Positions 11,768-24,635 of a DNA stretch of 64,000 nucleotides are shown one piece after another. This stretch comes from Azolla caroliniana (taxonomy: Eukaryota; Plantae; Polypodiophyta): contig JBHGNT010000006.1 in NCBI GenBank assembly GCA_043228905.1, forward strand, positions 6,634,001 to 6,698,000. Direction: 5' to 3'. The notes beneath the pieces were generated by a model. It saw only the letters and a list, made by a program, of their open reading frames with translations, had not been told where the DNA came from and made no database searches. A program made the translations under genes and the position numbers. Position 1 is the stretch's first letter. The number at the start of each line of letters is the position of its first letter.

Positions 11768-14700
11768 ATGTCTGATTATCACGAAGACACGGATGAGACT
11801 ACTAACTTTATCGAGAGCATGGATATAGCGTCTCTAACTGGAATTGAGAGCATCATCGAGACTTTACAGGAGCCATTTGAGGATATGGAAAGAAGAATCT
11901 TGATCTCGAGCATGGTCCAGGATGCAGTCTGTAGAGGCTTCCTTAAGGCTATGGAAGAAGATTTCTCTGCTCAGCTTTCGGAGAAAGACGCAGTAATAAG
12001 GCTTCTGGAAGGAAGGATGGAAGAGAAAGACAAGGAGATCTCGAACCTCACCAAGGGTTTAAAAGCCACAGGAAACTGGGCAGAAGGAAATGACAATCTT
12101 TCTTCATTCGGTCAATTTAATTCAGTTTCTGTTGAATCTTTGGAACTGAAGTTGCGAGAAAGAGAAGAAGAGATTTCAAAGAAAAATATGGAGCTGGAGT
12201 GTTTGGCTTCTCGTATCACACAAACTTCTTCTGTTCTCAACTATGAGTGTGAACGAGCTTTGCTTCTAGAAAATCAATTAAATTCTTTGAAAGAACATAG
12301 GAGAAAGAAAAGCCAGGAAATCTTCTCGCTTTTGCACTGTGAGAGCAAAAGGGATGCACTTCTTGAGATGCAATCAACAACGCAAGAAATGGAGCAAGAA
12401 ATGCGAACGACATATCTAAAACAACATATAGAGCTTGAGAATATAGTTGTGGATGAAACCATTGCTACTCATGTGAAAGAGTTAGACTGGAAAGCTGATG
12501 TAGAATCGTTGGTCATTGGGGTTCTTCTAGAAGGTTGGTACCGACAAGTAACCAAGTTACTACAGACCTTGCAAGTTGGATTGACACAGAAAGATCAAAG
12601 AATACTCTACTGCGAGAAGATGTTGATCACTCTCAAACAGACTATAGAACTTCTACAGAATGATACAATTGATAGGGCTGGAGGTTCGCGGATGGATTAT
12701 TCTAGTAGACCAATATCAACGGATGTGAACGACTACAGTAGACTATCTGGAATGAAGAAAGAAGAGGAAAGCCTAGAGTTAGAACTAAAAGAAATCATGA
12801 ATGATGAGCTACAATATGCACCAGAGTTTGACACTCTTCTGGAAGCACTCATCAGAAGCATCAATAACATTCAAGACACCCAAAAACTTGAAATTGAGCA
12901 GCAATTTGCAAGAGAGAAGCTTCAGCATGAGTTGGAGCTTGATATCATCTCAGTAGTTTTTGCACAGGAATTCCATGATGCACTCCATATAGGAGATTCA
13001 ACAAAACACTTGTATAGTAATGATGACAGGGGTGAGAAGACCATCTCTAACAACTTTGAAGATCTGGAGGCGCAGCTTGAATCTTTCCTAGAACTGGAAG
13101 CTAGTAAACTAGAGATGATAAAATCTGGATGTTCTACATCTATTGCTAGGTGTGAATTCAAGCTGGAAACGTTGATGGAAAACCTAGCACATCAGGTTAA
13201 TGAGATGAGGACAAAGATTTCTTTTGTACAAGAGGCTGTCAAGCAGCAGGAATGGAAACACATGGTCGAGCAGGATATTCTCATAACCATTATTGGGGAT
13301 ACGGTTTCAGAGATGAACAGGAAACTGTATATAAAGGATACTTTTGTCTCAACAGAACTTGCAGAAGAGGAGATATTTGGCAAGAATCTAGATTCTCCAT
13401 TGTTAATTCGGAACAAGGATAAACTTATATGTTTATTGAAAGATAATATAGATGAGCTAAGGAAGGAAAAGGCAATCATAGAACAAAAGCTGGATGGAAG
13501 AACAGAGGAGCTCTATAGTTTGAAGAGGCAGTTTTGGAAAGAAAGAGAATTTTGGGTTTCCAGATTATCACCGCCACTGATAAAAGAGTTTGAAGCCCAA
13601 GTTGAAGATCTACCAAAGCATTCATCAGGTCTCTTGGATTTAGAGGAGGAGTATATGAATCTGGAAAGGATTCGATATGATTCTCTTGTAGCTGAGCTGA
13701 GGAAAGAGTGGCTTGCCGAGAAGGAAGGTCTGCTTCAGGCAATGGTAGAAAAAGAAGCTGAAATAGGAAGAATAAAAATGCAACTCATTGAGAACGACAC
13801 AAACAGTGCCACAGTCACTGCTGCAAACCTTTTTGCACGCATGGCTGACCTAAGTGTTCAGGTAGATACCCTGTCTAATGAAAAAATGAAGAAAGACTTC
13901 GATTTTACCAAGCGAGAGAAAGAGTGGCATGAGGAAAAAAGATCCATTCAAGGAGAGGTTGATCAATTATTAAAACAACAACAGAGCTATGCTGCTAGAG
14001 AACATAAATTATTAGATAAAATTGCTGAACTCGAGAATGAAGTAAAAAGCTTACAGTTCACAATGCTAGATCAGCAGTCCCTCGTGAAATTCAAAGAAGA
14101 ATGGGATGCAGAGAGGGAATATTTGCTGAGAAAGGTTTTGGATGGAGAAGATATGATGTCAAGGTTAGCTTTACTTTCTCAAAGGGAGGAGGCCAGTGTA
14201 AAACAAATCAATCAACTGGTGAGTGAAAGAGATCAATTGAGAGCAGAGCAACAGCAGATGGAGACAATTCTTGCGTCTTTTACAGAAGAGAGAGCAGTTG
14301 CTAATGCTCAGGTGATCAAGGAAAGAACAGAGGAAGAACAAAAGAGGAAGTTATTGGAATCAGAATTGACAGAAGTAAAACTTGAATTACAAAAATTACA
14401 AGGTCTAAATGCTGAATGCACAGACAACAGAGCTCACTTTAACTCAGAGATAATTTCTGAAGAGCAGATTAATGTTATATCATTGCAAGCATTACATGAA
14501 TTAAGACAGAAGGTTATTCATACAATCGAAGCAAAATCTGATAGGTACAGAAAATCCAATATGCTACCCACCGTAACAAACAAGACATTTATTTACCTGT
14601 AGAAGTTTATCTGGATTTTCTGTTGTTTGCTTTTAATAGGTATGAGACATATATATGAACTGGGTATTCTCGGATTGAACCAGAGAACTCGCCCATGAAG

Positions 14701-16184
14701 TTAATATTTGCATGTACAATACTGCATGCTTCTTTCCTGTGAATGAAAAGCCGAGTCTTTTAACTCAGACAGTTTTGCCCTAAGCTTTTATGCTTGCTGT
14801 CCCGAAGATATGTTGTTATGTTAGCTTCACTATTTTAAAAAGCATTTGATGTTTTCAATTGTATCTGCATTAATTAACAGCCACAGTCAAGTTTTGTTTA
14901 GTCAGTAGAATGTTCTTAGATCCATCCATTATAAATATAAATTACTTTATGTTTCATTCTGTGTCTAGATCCACTTGAAGTTACCAATCATAACAAAATG
15001 GTGTTTCCATGGAGTACAAATGTTCTTGATTTCTTCTTGTCTTGTCTTTTAGTATTTTCCATCATGAACATAAGAACTAATCCCTCTTGTTTTGCAAGCC
15101 TCTTCCAATCTAGGGCGTCCTCCAACCCCATCATAGAGTTTGCCTTATAGTTGGTCTGTGATTGGCTGCATTGCTTATTCAGGATTACTTTGAAGACTGT
15201 TTTCTCTAAATGCTGCATTTCAGCTCTGTTTTTTAGTTAGTTTTGACTTGCAGAGTATTATTGTTTTGGGAAATGATTTGCTTTGATCATCCCGCATTTA
15301 TCGGAGACCATTTACTTGCTTTTTATAGAGCTAATAATGTTTCATTGATGACACTTTCTGGTTGTTTGCAGATTGGAAAGCATTGATGCTATATGCCAGA
15401 TAGTCAAGGGAAACTTGAAATCATTCTCTTGCAAGGAAGCACAATACAAACAGAAACTTGCCAAGGAACTCTATAATTTACAAAAGGCTGAGACAGAGGT
15501 CCGACAACATTTGCTGCTCATATTCCAATATTATATTTAGGAATTATTATATATTGTAGAGTTGTCATTAAAATGTTGTAATAATATATGGCTCATTTCC
15601 ATGGTTATGTCTAGATGGAGTAAGTTCCACCGTTTTACCCAACTATTGTATGATTATTTTGCAGGTGGATTTGCTTGCAGATGAAGTTGAATCTCTTCTG
15701 GTAATTCTTGAAGAAGTACAAATGGTTTTTGATCTTTATGCACCGATTCTTCAACATTATCCGAAGGTGACTTTTATGCACCAAATGAAGTGGCTCGTAA
15801 TTTTATTTTTAGTTTAAATTTTTTTATGAATGCATAGTAACTTACCCACCATTTCTCTTCATGATCAAGTATACAGTGTGATTCATATCTTAATTTTTAC
15901 TTCATGTATAACAGAGACATTAGGGTAGTTCATATAGTACTATATGCATATAAAGCATTAGTTTGGGCATCAGTTATATGAGTTTATGTGCGTTCTAGAT
16001 TTTTTTAAACAGTTTTTCCAATCTAAGCTTCCTTTCGAAATTACTGGAAAATTCAGGGAATATGCTCATATTTTTGTATATGTTGAACTCATTTTGATTA
16101 AATTCGTAATGGCAGATGGCAGAGATTGCAGCAATAGTAAAAAAGGAAGTTCAGCTTCGTATCGATCCCAAATATGGAGCATAG
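11768..16184 (+). CDS. WAP: WPP domain-associated protein-like coiled-coil protein (~1024 aa)
   Basis: Exons 11768-14544, 15372-15498, 15665-15766 and 16116-16184 (GT-AG, phases match). The N-terminal block MERRILISSMVQDAVCRGFLKAMEED and C-terminal YKQKL..LQKAETEVDLLADEVESLL..YAPILQHYP match the plant WAP family. The middle is heptad-rich. Confidence 0.85.
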
Positions 16185-18110
16185 GTCATTCCTGCTCGAG
16201 GGTTTCGAAATTTTGTACATTTTTTCTTTTTGTTGTCTGCACTAAACAAATTCCAGAGGAAGCAGAATCTGGTGTTTCACATATTGCTTCATTTATGAGG
16301 AGTTTCCACATGATCCTTCATATACTCCTCCATCAGCATAATACCATCCGTGTTATTTGTTCTTATATGTTCTTGATTACAACATCTAAAGAAACCCGAG
16401 ATTTGAAGACATTGGTGTCCTTAATGTAAAATGTAGATAATGCTATTTTTTTTGGTATTCGGACCCTTCATGTCCATTTTGAGTTTGTGGAAGACATCAT
16501 GTTGTGTGGTTATAAGGTAAACCAATGGTTGACCAAGGGTTATGATGAAATATCTCAAGAATGACGATTTAAAGGATGTTATTGAAGAAAAATAATGCTT
16601 TTGGAAGGTGAACGGGAAAAGAGCTAAGCTCCAACGGGTTGTTATGTCTACTATCCTTATTTCTTGCTAATGTTAATGGTAATGATATGAATCATAGTAT
16701 GAACCATATGTACCATACGTGCACGGTACCATTCGTGAATGTCTCAATCATTTGAGTATGGTGAACACCCTCGAAGTATGGTAAATACCATACTTTTGGA
16801 TTAACTATTTATTATGAGGTAAATAAACCAAAAAAAGCAAAAAAAACACAAGAATGTTTGAATAACATTCACGTTCGTTTTCCAACGTAGGAAAATGAAT
16901 GTTATGCTAGACGAACACGAATTTTACGTACTATGATATGAATGGTTTGGTGTAAAGGAGCTGTGTTGTCATCGACCATCCTTTGATTGGAAGAGCAATA
17001 GTATGAATTCGATTTCGTAGAAGTGTCTCGAATTGCTTGCCTAAAAGTTTTTTAGCCCAACATAAACCCCATAGAAGCTCAGATCGTTGTTGCTTCCTTC
17101 CACCTGTTCATTCTTGCAATAACTTCGTCAAGACCCTCCACCCTTGGGCATTGGAATACATAATCTCTTTAAGTGGCAATTGAGTCATTGCGATTTCCAA
17201 TGTTTTGTAGCAATAAGCTGAAATATTCTTTTTATATTATGGTGAGTTACAAAGTTTTAGGTAGTAATAATGTTGGATTTCAATTAACCACCACTTAAGC
17301 GTATACCTAATTGAACCCAAATCTAGTATGAGAAAATTGTGATGGTGCCACTCTTACAATTTGTTCTACAAGAGGATATATGTATCGAGTACTTCAACCT
17401 ATAATCTATAGGCCGATCAACAACCCAAACCTTTGGGCTTGAAGATTGTGGCATTGGACGAAGCTGATTTAAAAACATCCATCAAAGATGGATGTATTAG
17501 ACTTGGGGATTTTTTCACCCAAAATGAAGTCTACCGAAATGACTTGTCCATTGGAACTTCTACGAACTAAAAGAATTGAAAATGGTTTGTCGGTCGCTAC
17601 ACAAGTTCATCAACTGAAACTTTATTCTCGTACGGAAATGTATTACTTTAGAGAAGCAAAGTTCCAAAGGTTGACCTAAATGTGCCGAACAATACGGGAG
17701 ACACCATTACTTTTATTTGTTCTATATTTCTTTAAAGGAAAAGTTTGGCTGTTACAAAATTTAAAGAGCAGGCTCATTACACATGTGTGGTATAGAGATA
17801 TTGTGTCCATGTAAGAAGAGTCGGGGAAATGCTATTACGATTGACTTCTCTAATAATTATAACATCCACGCTATAAGTTGTTGAATGAAAATACATCTTA
17901 CCTTATGGATAACCATATCCCGTTATCAATACTATCCAAACAATGGTTGAAGGAGTGGGCAACATTAGGAGCCCAATGCATAACCTTGTTGATGATGTTC
18001 TTGTTTCTGAGTCCAACCATGGGTTGAATGAAGGAGTGGCGGCCATCCCAAGATGGATGGGCACATATTGTTCTCTTGTCTATGGACAATGTTTTGGTTC
18101 ACATGGGGTT

Positions 18111-18523
18111 AAACAATCGGCAACGGTTCAGTTAGGTTTGAGGGGGTCAAAACTAAACCGAACCGAACCGAACCACGAAACCATTAAACTGAACCGTTAA
18201 AAATGTCCAAATCGTTAAAACTACGGTTTCATGGTTCGGTTTCAGTTTTTAACTTAGCCAAAGTTCAAAATTTTAAGATGTTCCTAAAATGTGAGAATAA
18301 GGTCTAAAAATGAAAAGATTGTTTAAAAACAATTTTTAAAAATTTCACATGTATTTTTTTTAAAACTTTTAAAAATAAAATAAAAATAAAAATTAAAAAA
18401 CTGTTTAAACCGCAGGGCAGGTTCTAACTATTGAAACCGAACCGAACCCGTTGAACCTAGCCGAACCGTTTAAATCGTTAAGCCTTGGTTTCACAGTTCA
18501 AACCGAACCGTTGCCGATTGTTA
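18111..18523. mobile_element. Non-autonomous hAT-type element (MITE), copy 1
   Basis: TIRs aaacaatcggcaacggttc / gaaccgttgccgattgtta. 8-bp TSD atggggtt (18103-18110) / acggggtt (18524-18531). Subterminal AACCG/CGGTT repeats and an AT-rich core. Confidence 0.85.
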
Positions 18524-18896
18524 ACGGGGTTGCCTACAACTTACAAGTTACAAGTATGAAATCCCAATTCATTGGCTTGTATGAAGCAACCAATACTATT
18601 AATTAATGTCTTAAGGGTGTTAAATACCATTAATTCTTGACTCTTCCTTGCCATCTAGGAAATGGCAATACTCTGTTCCCGTCATGGAGAGAGAGAGAGA
18701 GATCGAGATCCTCTTATTCTTCTGTGTCAGAATGGTTCCTCGGTTTCCCTTCATCATGTATATAAATCACCTATTCATGGATGGGACATTCTAAAGGTTC
18801 TGATGTAATCAGGAATCACGAAAAGGCTGAAGCAATTTGATGCAAGAAAGTAGGCGCCACTGATGAAATCAAGCACCCGTCGCAATCTATTTGTAC

Positions 18897-20882
18897 ATGT
18901 TTACATCATGTGATAACATGAAAGGGCTTGATAAGAGGCTCACCCTGATGCTCAAGCAAGGCTCTCCTTTACCAGAGTGCCTCCTACAATCATTTTTAGA
19001 AGAAAGCTATGGTATAGAAGCTGCAAGACCTGTGCACTACACAATGTGCCTTTTCCAACCTCGCTTGACATTGCTTCCAAACTGCCTTATTCGGGTTTTT
19101 GCTTCTTCTAAGATGCTACTAGAGGCTAACCTTGTGTTTTGTCAGATTTCCAAACCGTCTGTTCATTCGTGGCAAGCAATCATCTCAGCTTATCACACAT
19201 GTGGTGAATATGTTTGGGCTCTCCATCTCTACCACCACATGGTGTTAGGTGGAGTATTGCCCAATAGATTCATTTTCTCGTGTGTGCTCAGAACTTGTGC
19301 AATTTCCGGAGAGTGGAAAGAAGGAATGCATATACATGAACATGTCATTAGAAGTGGATTGGATTCCGATGTCGTTGTGGGCAGCACTCTCCTTGATATG
19401 TATGCAAAGTGTTCAAATGTAGAGGATGCAAGACGAGTATTTGATAGATTAAGGAACCGAAATGTGGTATCTTGGAATGCATTGATATCAGGTTATGTTC
19501 TTAATGGGCTCGGCCACAATGCTCTTAAGCTTTTAAAGGAAGTGCCAGAGCCAAACAAGGTCACATACATTTGTTCATTGAAAGCATGCACTCAAACTGA
19601 AGACCTAATGCAAGGTAAAAGATTGCACCAACAAGTAATTTATAAAGGGCTCGAGTCCGATGTTATCATCGGTAATACACTTATTGATATGTATTCTAAA
19701 TGTGGCGAAGTTGATGGTGCATGTGCTATACTTCATAGCTTGCTGAATAGAAATGTGGTCTCATGGAGTGCACTCATTACAGCAGCTTCAGCACATCCAA
19801 CCACTTTTTCATGTATTTATCAACAAATGCAGCATGAGTGTGTGACCCCTGATAGAGTGGCAATGGTAGCATTTCTGAATGTTTGTCGACATACACGGGC
19901 CATTCGGCAGGGAGAGCTAATTCATAGACAAATCATCAAGAGAGGATTTGACACAGACTTGGTTGTAAGAGGAGCTTTAATTGATATGTATATGAAATGT
20001 GACAGGGTTGATGATGCTCAGGATGTGTTTGATGAGATTTCATCCCCTACTATTGTATTATGGGGAGAGATGATATCCGGATATAGCAAGCATGGAAAGG
20101 ATCATCATGCTCTTGAACTCTATAGCAAAATGCAGCATGCTGGCATTGCTCCAGACATGTTTCTATTCTCATGCCTTCTAAAGGCATGTGGACGCATAGG
20201 AGCATTAGAACAAGGAAAGATGTTGCAGGCTGAAATGATGAGAAATCAAATCAAGCCAGATGTGGCTATTGGTAATGCGATGATAAGCATGTATATGAGA
20301 TGTGGTGATCTTATTGAGGCCTGCAGGATTTTTAACGAGTTGCCATATAGGGATTCTACATCATGGGGTTTTATGATCTCGATTCATGCTCAGTATGGTG
20401 ATGGGAAGCTAGCAATCCAATGTTTTAATGACATGCAAAAACATGGTATAAAGCCAAATGAAATGGTATTTACTCGCTTGCTCTCTTCATGTAGTCGTAC
20501 TGGAGAAGGTAGAGAAGGTAAGTTCCAGCTCAATGCCATGAATGAAAGGCAATACCTTGGTCCTAGCAACAAACATTTCACATGCATGCTTGAGCTTCTG
20601 GGCAGTATCGGAGACCTTGAAGCTTCTAAAAATGTTCTTCAAACCATGCCTTTTACACCAAATATTATCAATTGGATGTCTGTGCTAACAGGGTGCAAAC
20701 GATATGGAAATACAGAATTAGGGCAGCACTGCATTCAGCAAATCAACCGGCTTGGTTCTCACTTGTCATTGGGAAATGTTCTCTTGCCAAATATGTACAG
20801 CAAATCTTGCCCATCAGATACCATGCTTAGAAATTACAGTGAAGCTGTCTTACAAATGCGACCAGTAGTTGATTGTGGGTGA
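18897..20882 (+). CDS. PLS-class pentatricopeptide repeat protein with degenerate E domain
   Basis: Intronless ORF (first ATG 18897) of P-L-S triplets (VVSWNALISGY, DMYAKC) with canonical 35-aa L motifs. E-like end (WMSVLTGCKRYGN); no DYW. Confidence 0.9.
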   Translation: MFTSCDNMKGLDKRLTLMLKQGSPLPECLLQSFLEESYGIEAARPVHYTMCLFQPRLTLLPNCLIRVFASSKMLLEANLVFCQISKPSVHSWQAIISAYHTCGEYVWALHLYHHMVLGGVLPNRFIFSCVLRTCAISGEWKEGMHIHEHVIRSGLDSDVVVGSTLLDMYAKCSNVEDARRVFDRLRNRNVVSWNALISGYVLNGLGHNALKLLKEVPEPNKVTYICSLKACTQTEDLMQGKRLHQQVIYKGLESDVIIGNTLIDMYSKCGEVDGACAILHSLLNRNVVSWSALITAASAHPTTFSCIYQQMQHECVTPDRVAMVAFLNVCRHTRAIRQGELIHRQIIKRGFDTDLVVRGALIDMYMKCDRVDDAQDVFDEISSPTIVLWGEMISGYSKHGKDHHALELYSKMQHAGIAPDMFLFSCLLKACGRIGALEQGKMLQAEMMRNQIKPDVAIGNAMISMYMRCGDLIEACRIFNELPYRDSTSWGFMISIHAQYGDGKLAIQCFNDMQKHGIKPNEMVFTRLLSSCSRTGEGREGKFQLNAMNERQYLGPSNKHFTCMLELLGSIGDLEASKNVLQTMPFTPNIINWMSVLTGCKRYGNTELGQHCIQQINRLGSHLSLGNVLLPNMYSKSCPSDTMLRNYSEAVLQMRPVVDCG

Positions 20883-22518
20883 TCATGTTCAATGATGTCT
20901 TTCTTGAACTATAAGAAAATATCATTGCCAAAAACAACTTATCTGGAGTTAGGAGACCATCACCATACAGAAGGAAAAGGACAATAACTTGTGTGGTCTA
21001 TGTTCTTACTGAGGCAGACATTTTTTTAATGACATATGATGCCTCCTAGTTCACACAGGATTAGATGGTCTCACTCCATGTTCATTGAAGGAAGGCTTGG
21101 GAGCCCCAATCACATGCCATTACATAGCATAAAATGAAATTTAATGTCAATGCAAGGCTAATACCTTGATCATTCCGAAAACACCATAGTTTCAAATGAA
21201 TTTGAAATTGAATGGCAATTCAAAGCTGATATTGAAATAAAATCAATACATTGATCATCTCCAAAACACATATACTTCAAATATATGCATACTGGGTCGA
21301 ACTGAGCTTGAGTTTGAAATGGAAATTACATATAAACTCAAGGCTAGTATAGAGATAAAGTCAGTAATTCGTAGTCCCCAAAACACATGAATTTTACATG
21401 GATGAATGCATACTCAGTTGAGCTCAGCTTGAGTGTGAAAATGATTTGGCTTAAATTTAATCAGCTAACATGAACCGTGCATCAGAAGTGATTATTTACC
21501 ATAACATGCTCAAAGAAAGTTTAGCGTTTCACTCTTAAGAGTTGATCAATAAACAAAAGTTATTTTGCAGACCATCTGTTTCGCAGCAAGTAGCATCAGC
21601 TGGAAACTGATGATGACATATGTAAATGGATTGTTGGGTTTGAAATGCATACATTGCTGTCTCCCAATTTCTTTATAAGAATAATAAATACTTTTACCTT
21701 ACCTTTAGTAAAGGTTTAAATAAATTGACCATTGTACATGGTTAATTCTAATCCAATAGATCAGTTCGTGCAAGAAGATATGCCACAGCTTCAGTTTATT
21801 CAAAAGAAATATTTGGAGAAGAGAAGGGAAGAGTTGATAACATTGTAGAACTTAAACACAATAAGGCAACCTATGTAGGTTAATGTACTCAAATAGTGAC
21901 CAAGGTCATAGCTTGATGCATTGACCAAATAAATAACTTCCAATCTTCTCTTTATCAATGATGATGCCGAATCATAGATAAATCTTTGAAATTGTGACAA
22001 TGATCAAATATTTGAGCCATCATCAATCATCACATATTCATAGGACATGAAATGTGCTGTCCGGAATTGTACTCCCGACAATAACCTTTCCCCTCTTTCA
22101 AAGAATTTAGTAAATGTACATACAGCTTCTCATGATGTTCTGATTTTATACTTCACACGAAGTGAGATGACGATATAACAGTCATGTGAGAGATTTCAAG
22201 ATTCATGTTTCTGCCAAAGTTACAAGAGAGCAATTTTCCAGTTTCCCCACCTGTTGTGTTTCCTTTTTGCCATTCCTTTGTTTGAGATCCCTTTCATCAT
22301 AGTAGGGAATCATTTTTGCCCCCTCTCTACCCCAGCTGACAATCACTTCCATGATCCAAAATTTTCGGAGTGCAGATGTGAGAAACTCTCTTCTTCTGAT
22401 GCAGTATTGGAAATATTTTTGGCTTTGAATGCATAAATCCTTAAATTGAGAGTGCTTTGGACGTTCGATAAAAAAGGATAAATAAAACATTTTAACTTGC
22501 AGAGTCCACATACTGTTA

Positions 22519-24495
22519 TTACCCTGCTTTGGCCACACTAGTATGTCTCTGTCTCATATCCTCGACCTTTTGTGCATCCTCTTGCATTCCAGCAGCTGCA
22601 AATATTTCAGCCATAAGAACATAAGCCGAAGCACATGTATTATCCATTTGTATTGACTGATCAAATGCCAATTTCCCAAGTTTGACATTCCCCCATTTCT
22701 TACAAGCACCTAGTATAGTGTGCCAAATCACCGGATAATCACAAGATGGCATCATCTTAATCACAGACATTGCTTGGTCAAAATGCCCCGCACATCCAAA
22801 GATCACTACCATGCTAATGTGGTGTTCTAACTTAGGGATAACATAATATTTTGTGGTCATATTCTCAAAAAGAACTTGGGCCTCATATAGTCGCCCTGAG
22901 TGACTGCATGCACTCAAAATGGATACAAATGTGACCTTGTCCGGAGAAAGGCCCTCGGTTTGCATCCATTGAAGACAATTTAGTGCTTCATGACACTGCC
23001 CTTGTTCAGCATACCCTGCGATTAGGGCATTCCAAGTGACCACATTTCTAATAGGAAGCTCTTTGAGTACTTTATGTGCTTTGGTAATCATGCCACATTT
23101 GGCATACATATCTACCAAAGTAGTGCCGAGGACAATATCTTTCTCCAACAAGCCTCTACTAACAATCTCGTCATGGATTTGCTTTCCTTTCACAAGAGCT
23201 CCTGTACCACCACATGCCTTCAAGATGGAAATGAAGGTGATTGCATCGGGGGACAGACCCTCATTTTTCATCCGTTCAAAACAGTTCAATGCGTCATGAC
23301 ATTGCCCATGTTGCACATACCCCCCAATTAGTGCATTCCAAGAGACTGCATTTCGACATGAAAGTTCTTGGAGCACTTGTTTTGCTTTTGCAAGCACACC
23401 ACATTTCGAGTACATATCCACCAGAGCAGTACCCAGCATAACATCTTTCTGGTGCATACCTCGAGTCACGATCTCTTTATGGAAAAGTTCCCCCTTGTCT
23501 AATTCTCTTGTACTTCCACATGCCTTCAAGATGCAAGCAAAGGTAACAATGTCAGGAGTGATGCCTTCGCTTAGCATCTGCTCGAAACAAATCAAAGCTT
23601 CACGAGCCTGCCCCTGATGGGCACATCCTGAGATTATTGCAGACCATGAGACTACATCTCGAACAGGAAGATCCAGAAGTGTTTCTCGTGCTTTTCCAAT
23701 CATGCCACATTTTGCATACATATCAACCAAAGCAGTGCCAAGCACAATATCTTTCTCCAATAAGCTCCTAGTTAGGATCTCATCATGAATTTGTCTCCCC
23801 TTCTCTATTGCCTTTACACTACCACACGCCTTCAAAATACAAATGAATGAGATGGTGTCTGGTGAGAGGCCTTCACTTACCATTCTTTCAAAGCAATCCA
23901 GAGCTTCGTGACCTTGCCCTTGTTCAGCATACCCTGATATTATCACATTCCAAGATACCACATCTCGAGTAGGAAGCTCTTCAAGCACTTTCCGAGCATT
24001 TTCAATCATACCACATTTAGCATACATATCCACAAAAGCATTACCAAGTGCAATGCTCTTTTTAAGCAAGCATCTACATGCAGTTTCTTTTTCTATATGT
24101 TTGCCAATATCGATAGCGCCGATTTTTCCACAAGCTTTCAAAATGCAAATGAAAGTGATTGCATCAGGAGAGATGCCCTCTCTTTGCATATTTTCAAAAC
24201 AACCCAATGCTTCATGAACTTTACCTTGTTGAGCGTATCCTGAGATCAACGCATTCCATAAAACTACATTTCGGATTGGAAGCTCTTCAAGCACTTCTCT
24301 CGCTTTCTTTAGCGCACCACATTTTGCATACATACTGATTAAAGCGCTGGCCAGGTAAGAACTCTTTTCAAGTAATCTCGTCTCTATAAGATCAGCATGC
24401 AATGCACTGCCATTGTAAATGTCTTTTTTCTTTGCATATGATTGAAGTAAGGACATAAAAGACAAAATTTTGTCTTGATCCTTACTCTGTCTCAT
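22519..24495 (-). CDS. PLS-E class PPR protein (658 aa)
   Basis: Five P-L-S units of ~102 aa, then P2-L2-S2-E (SACSHSG, WHTILGACKKWG, AYVLM). No DYW. Confidence 0.93.
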   Translation of the reverse strand: MRQSKDQDKILSFMSLLQSYAKKKDIYNGSALHADLIETRLLEKSSYLASALISMYAKCGALKKAREVLEELPIRNVVLWNALISGYAQQGKVHEALGCFENMQREGISPDAITFICILKACGKIGAIDIGKHIEKETACRCLLKKSIALGNAFVDMYAKCGMIENARKVLEELPTRDVVSWNVIISGYAEQGQGHEALDCFERMVSEGLSPDTISFICILKACGSVKAIEKGRQIHDEILTRSLLEKDIVLGTALVDMYAKCGMIGKARETLLDLPVRDVVSWSAIISGCAHQGQAREALICFEQMLSEGITPDIVTFACILKACGSTRELDKGELFHKEIVTRGMHQKDVMLGTALVDMYSKCGVLAKAKQVLQELSCRNAVSWNALIGGYVQHGQCHDALNCFERMKNEGLSPDAITFISILKACGGTGALVKGKQIHDEIVSRGLLEKDIVLGTTLVDMYAKCGMITKAHKVLKELPIRNVVTWNALIAGYAEQGQCHEALNCLQWMQTEGLSPDKVTFVSILSACSHSGRLYEAQVLFENMTTKYYVIPKLEHHISMVVIFGCAGHFDQAMSVIKMMPSCDYPVIWHTILGACKKWGNVKLGKLAFDQSIQMDNTCASAYVLMAEIFAAAGMQEDAQKVEDMRQRHTSVAKAG

Positions 24496-24554
24496 GATGC
24501 TTTTCTTAAGCTATTTCTTGAATGGATGCCATAATCGATTATCTCTTCAATTAT

Positions 24555-24635
24555 TTAATAAAATCTCTCATCAATCCATAAGGACTCATAATAAGAGATC
24601 ATGTGTGCGAAATCAGGTGATGTCGAGCTGTTGAA
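24555..24635 (-). pseudogene. Disabled OSB-type PDF motif fragment upstream of the PPR gene
   Basis: Reads FNSSTSPDFAHMISYYESLWIDERFY*, which aligns to YNSRSSPDFRHRITCEILWMDG of the 35085 gene. It is out of frame with ATG 24495 and ends in a stop. Confidence 0.7.

Noticed and set aside
11086-11775. Hydrophobic S/F/L-rich ORFs resembling membrane proteins
   Set aside because: They are products of the TTC-rich low-complexity repeat.
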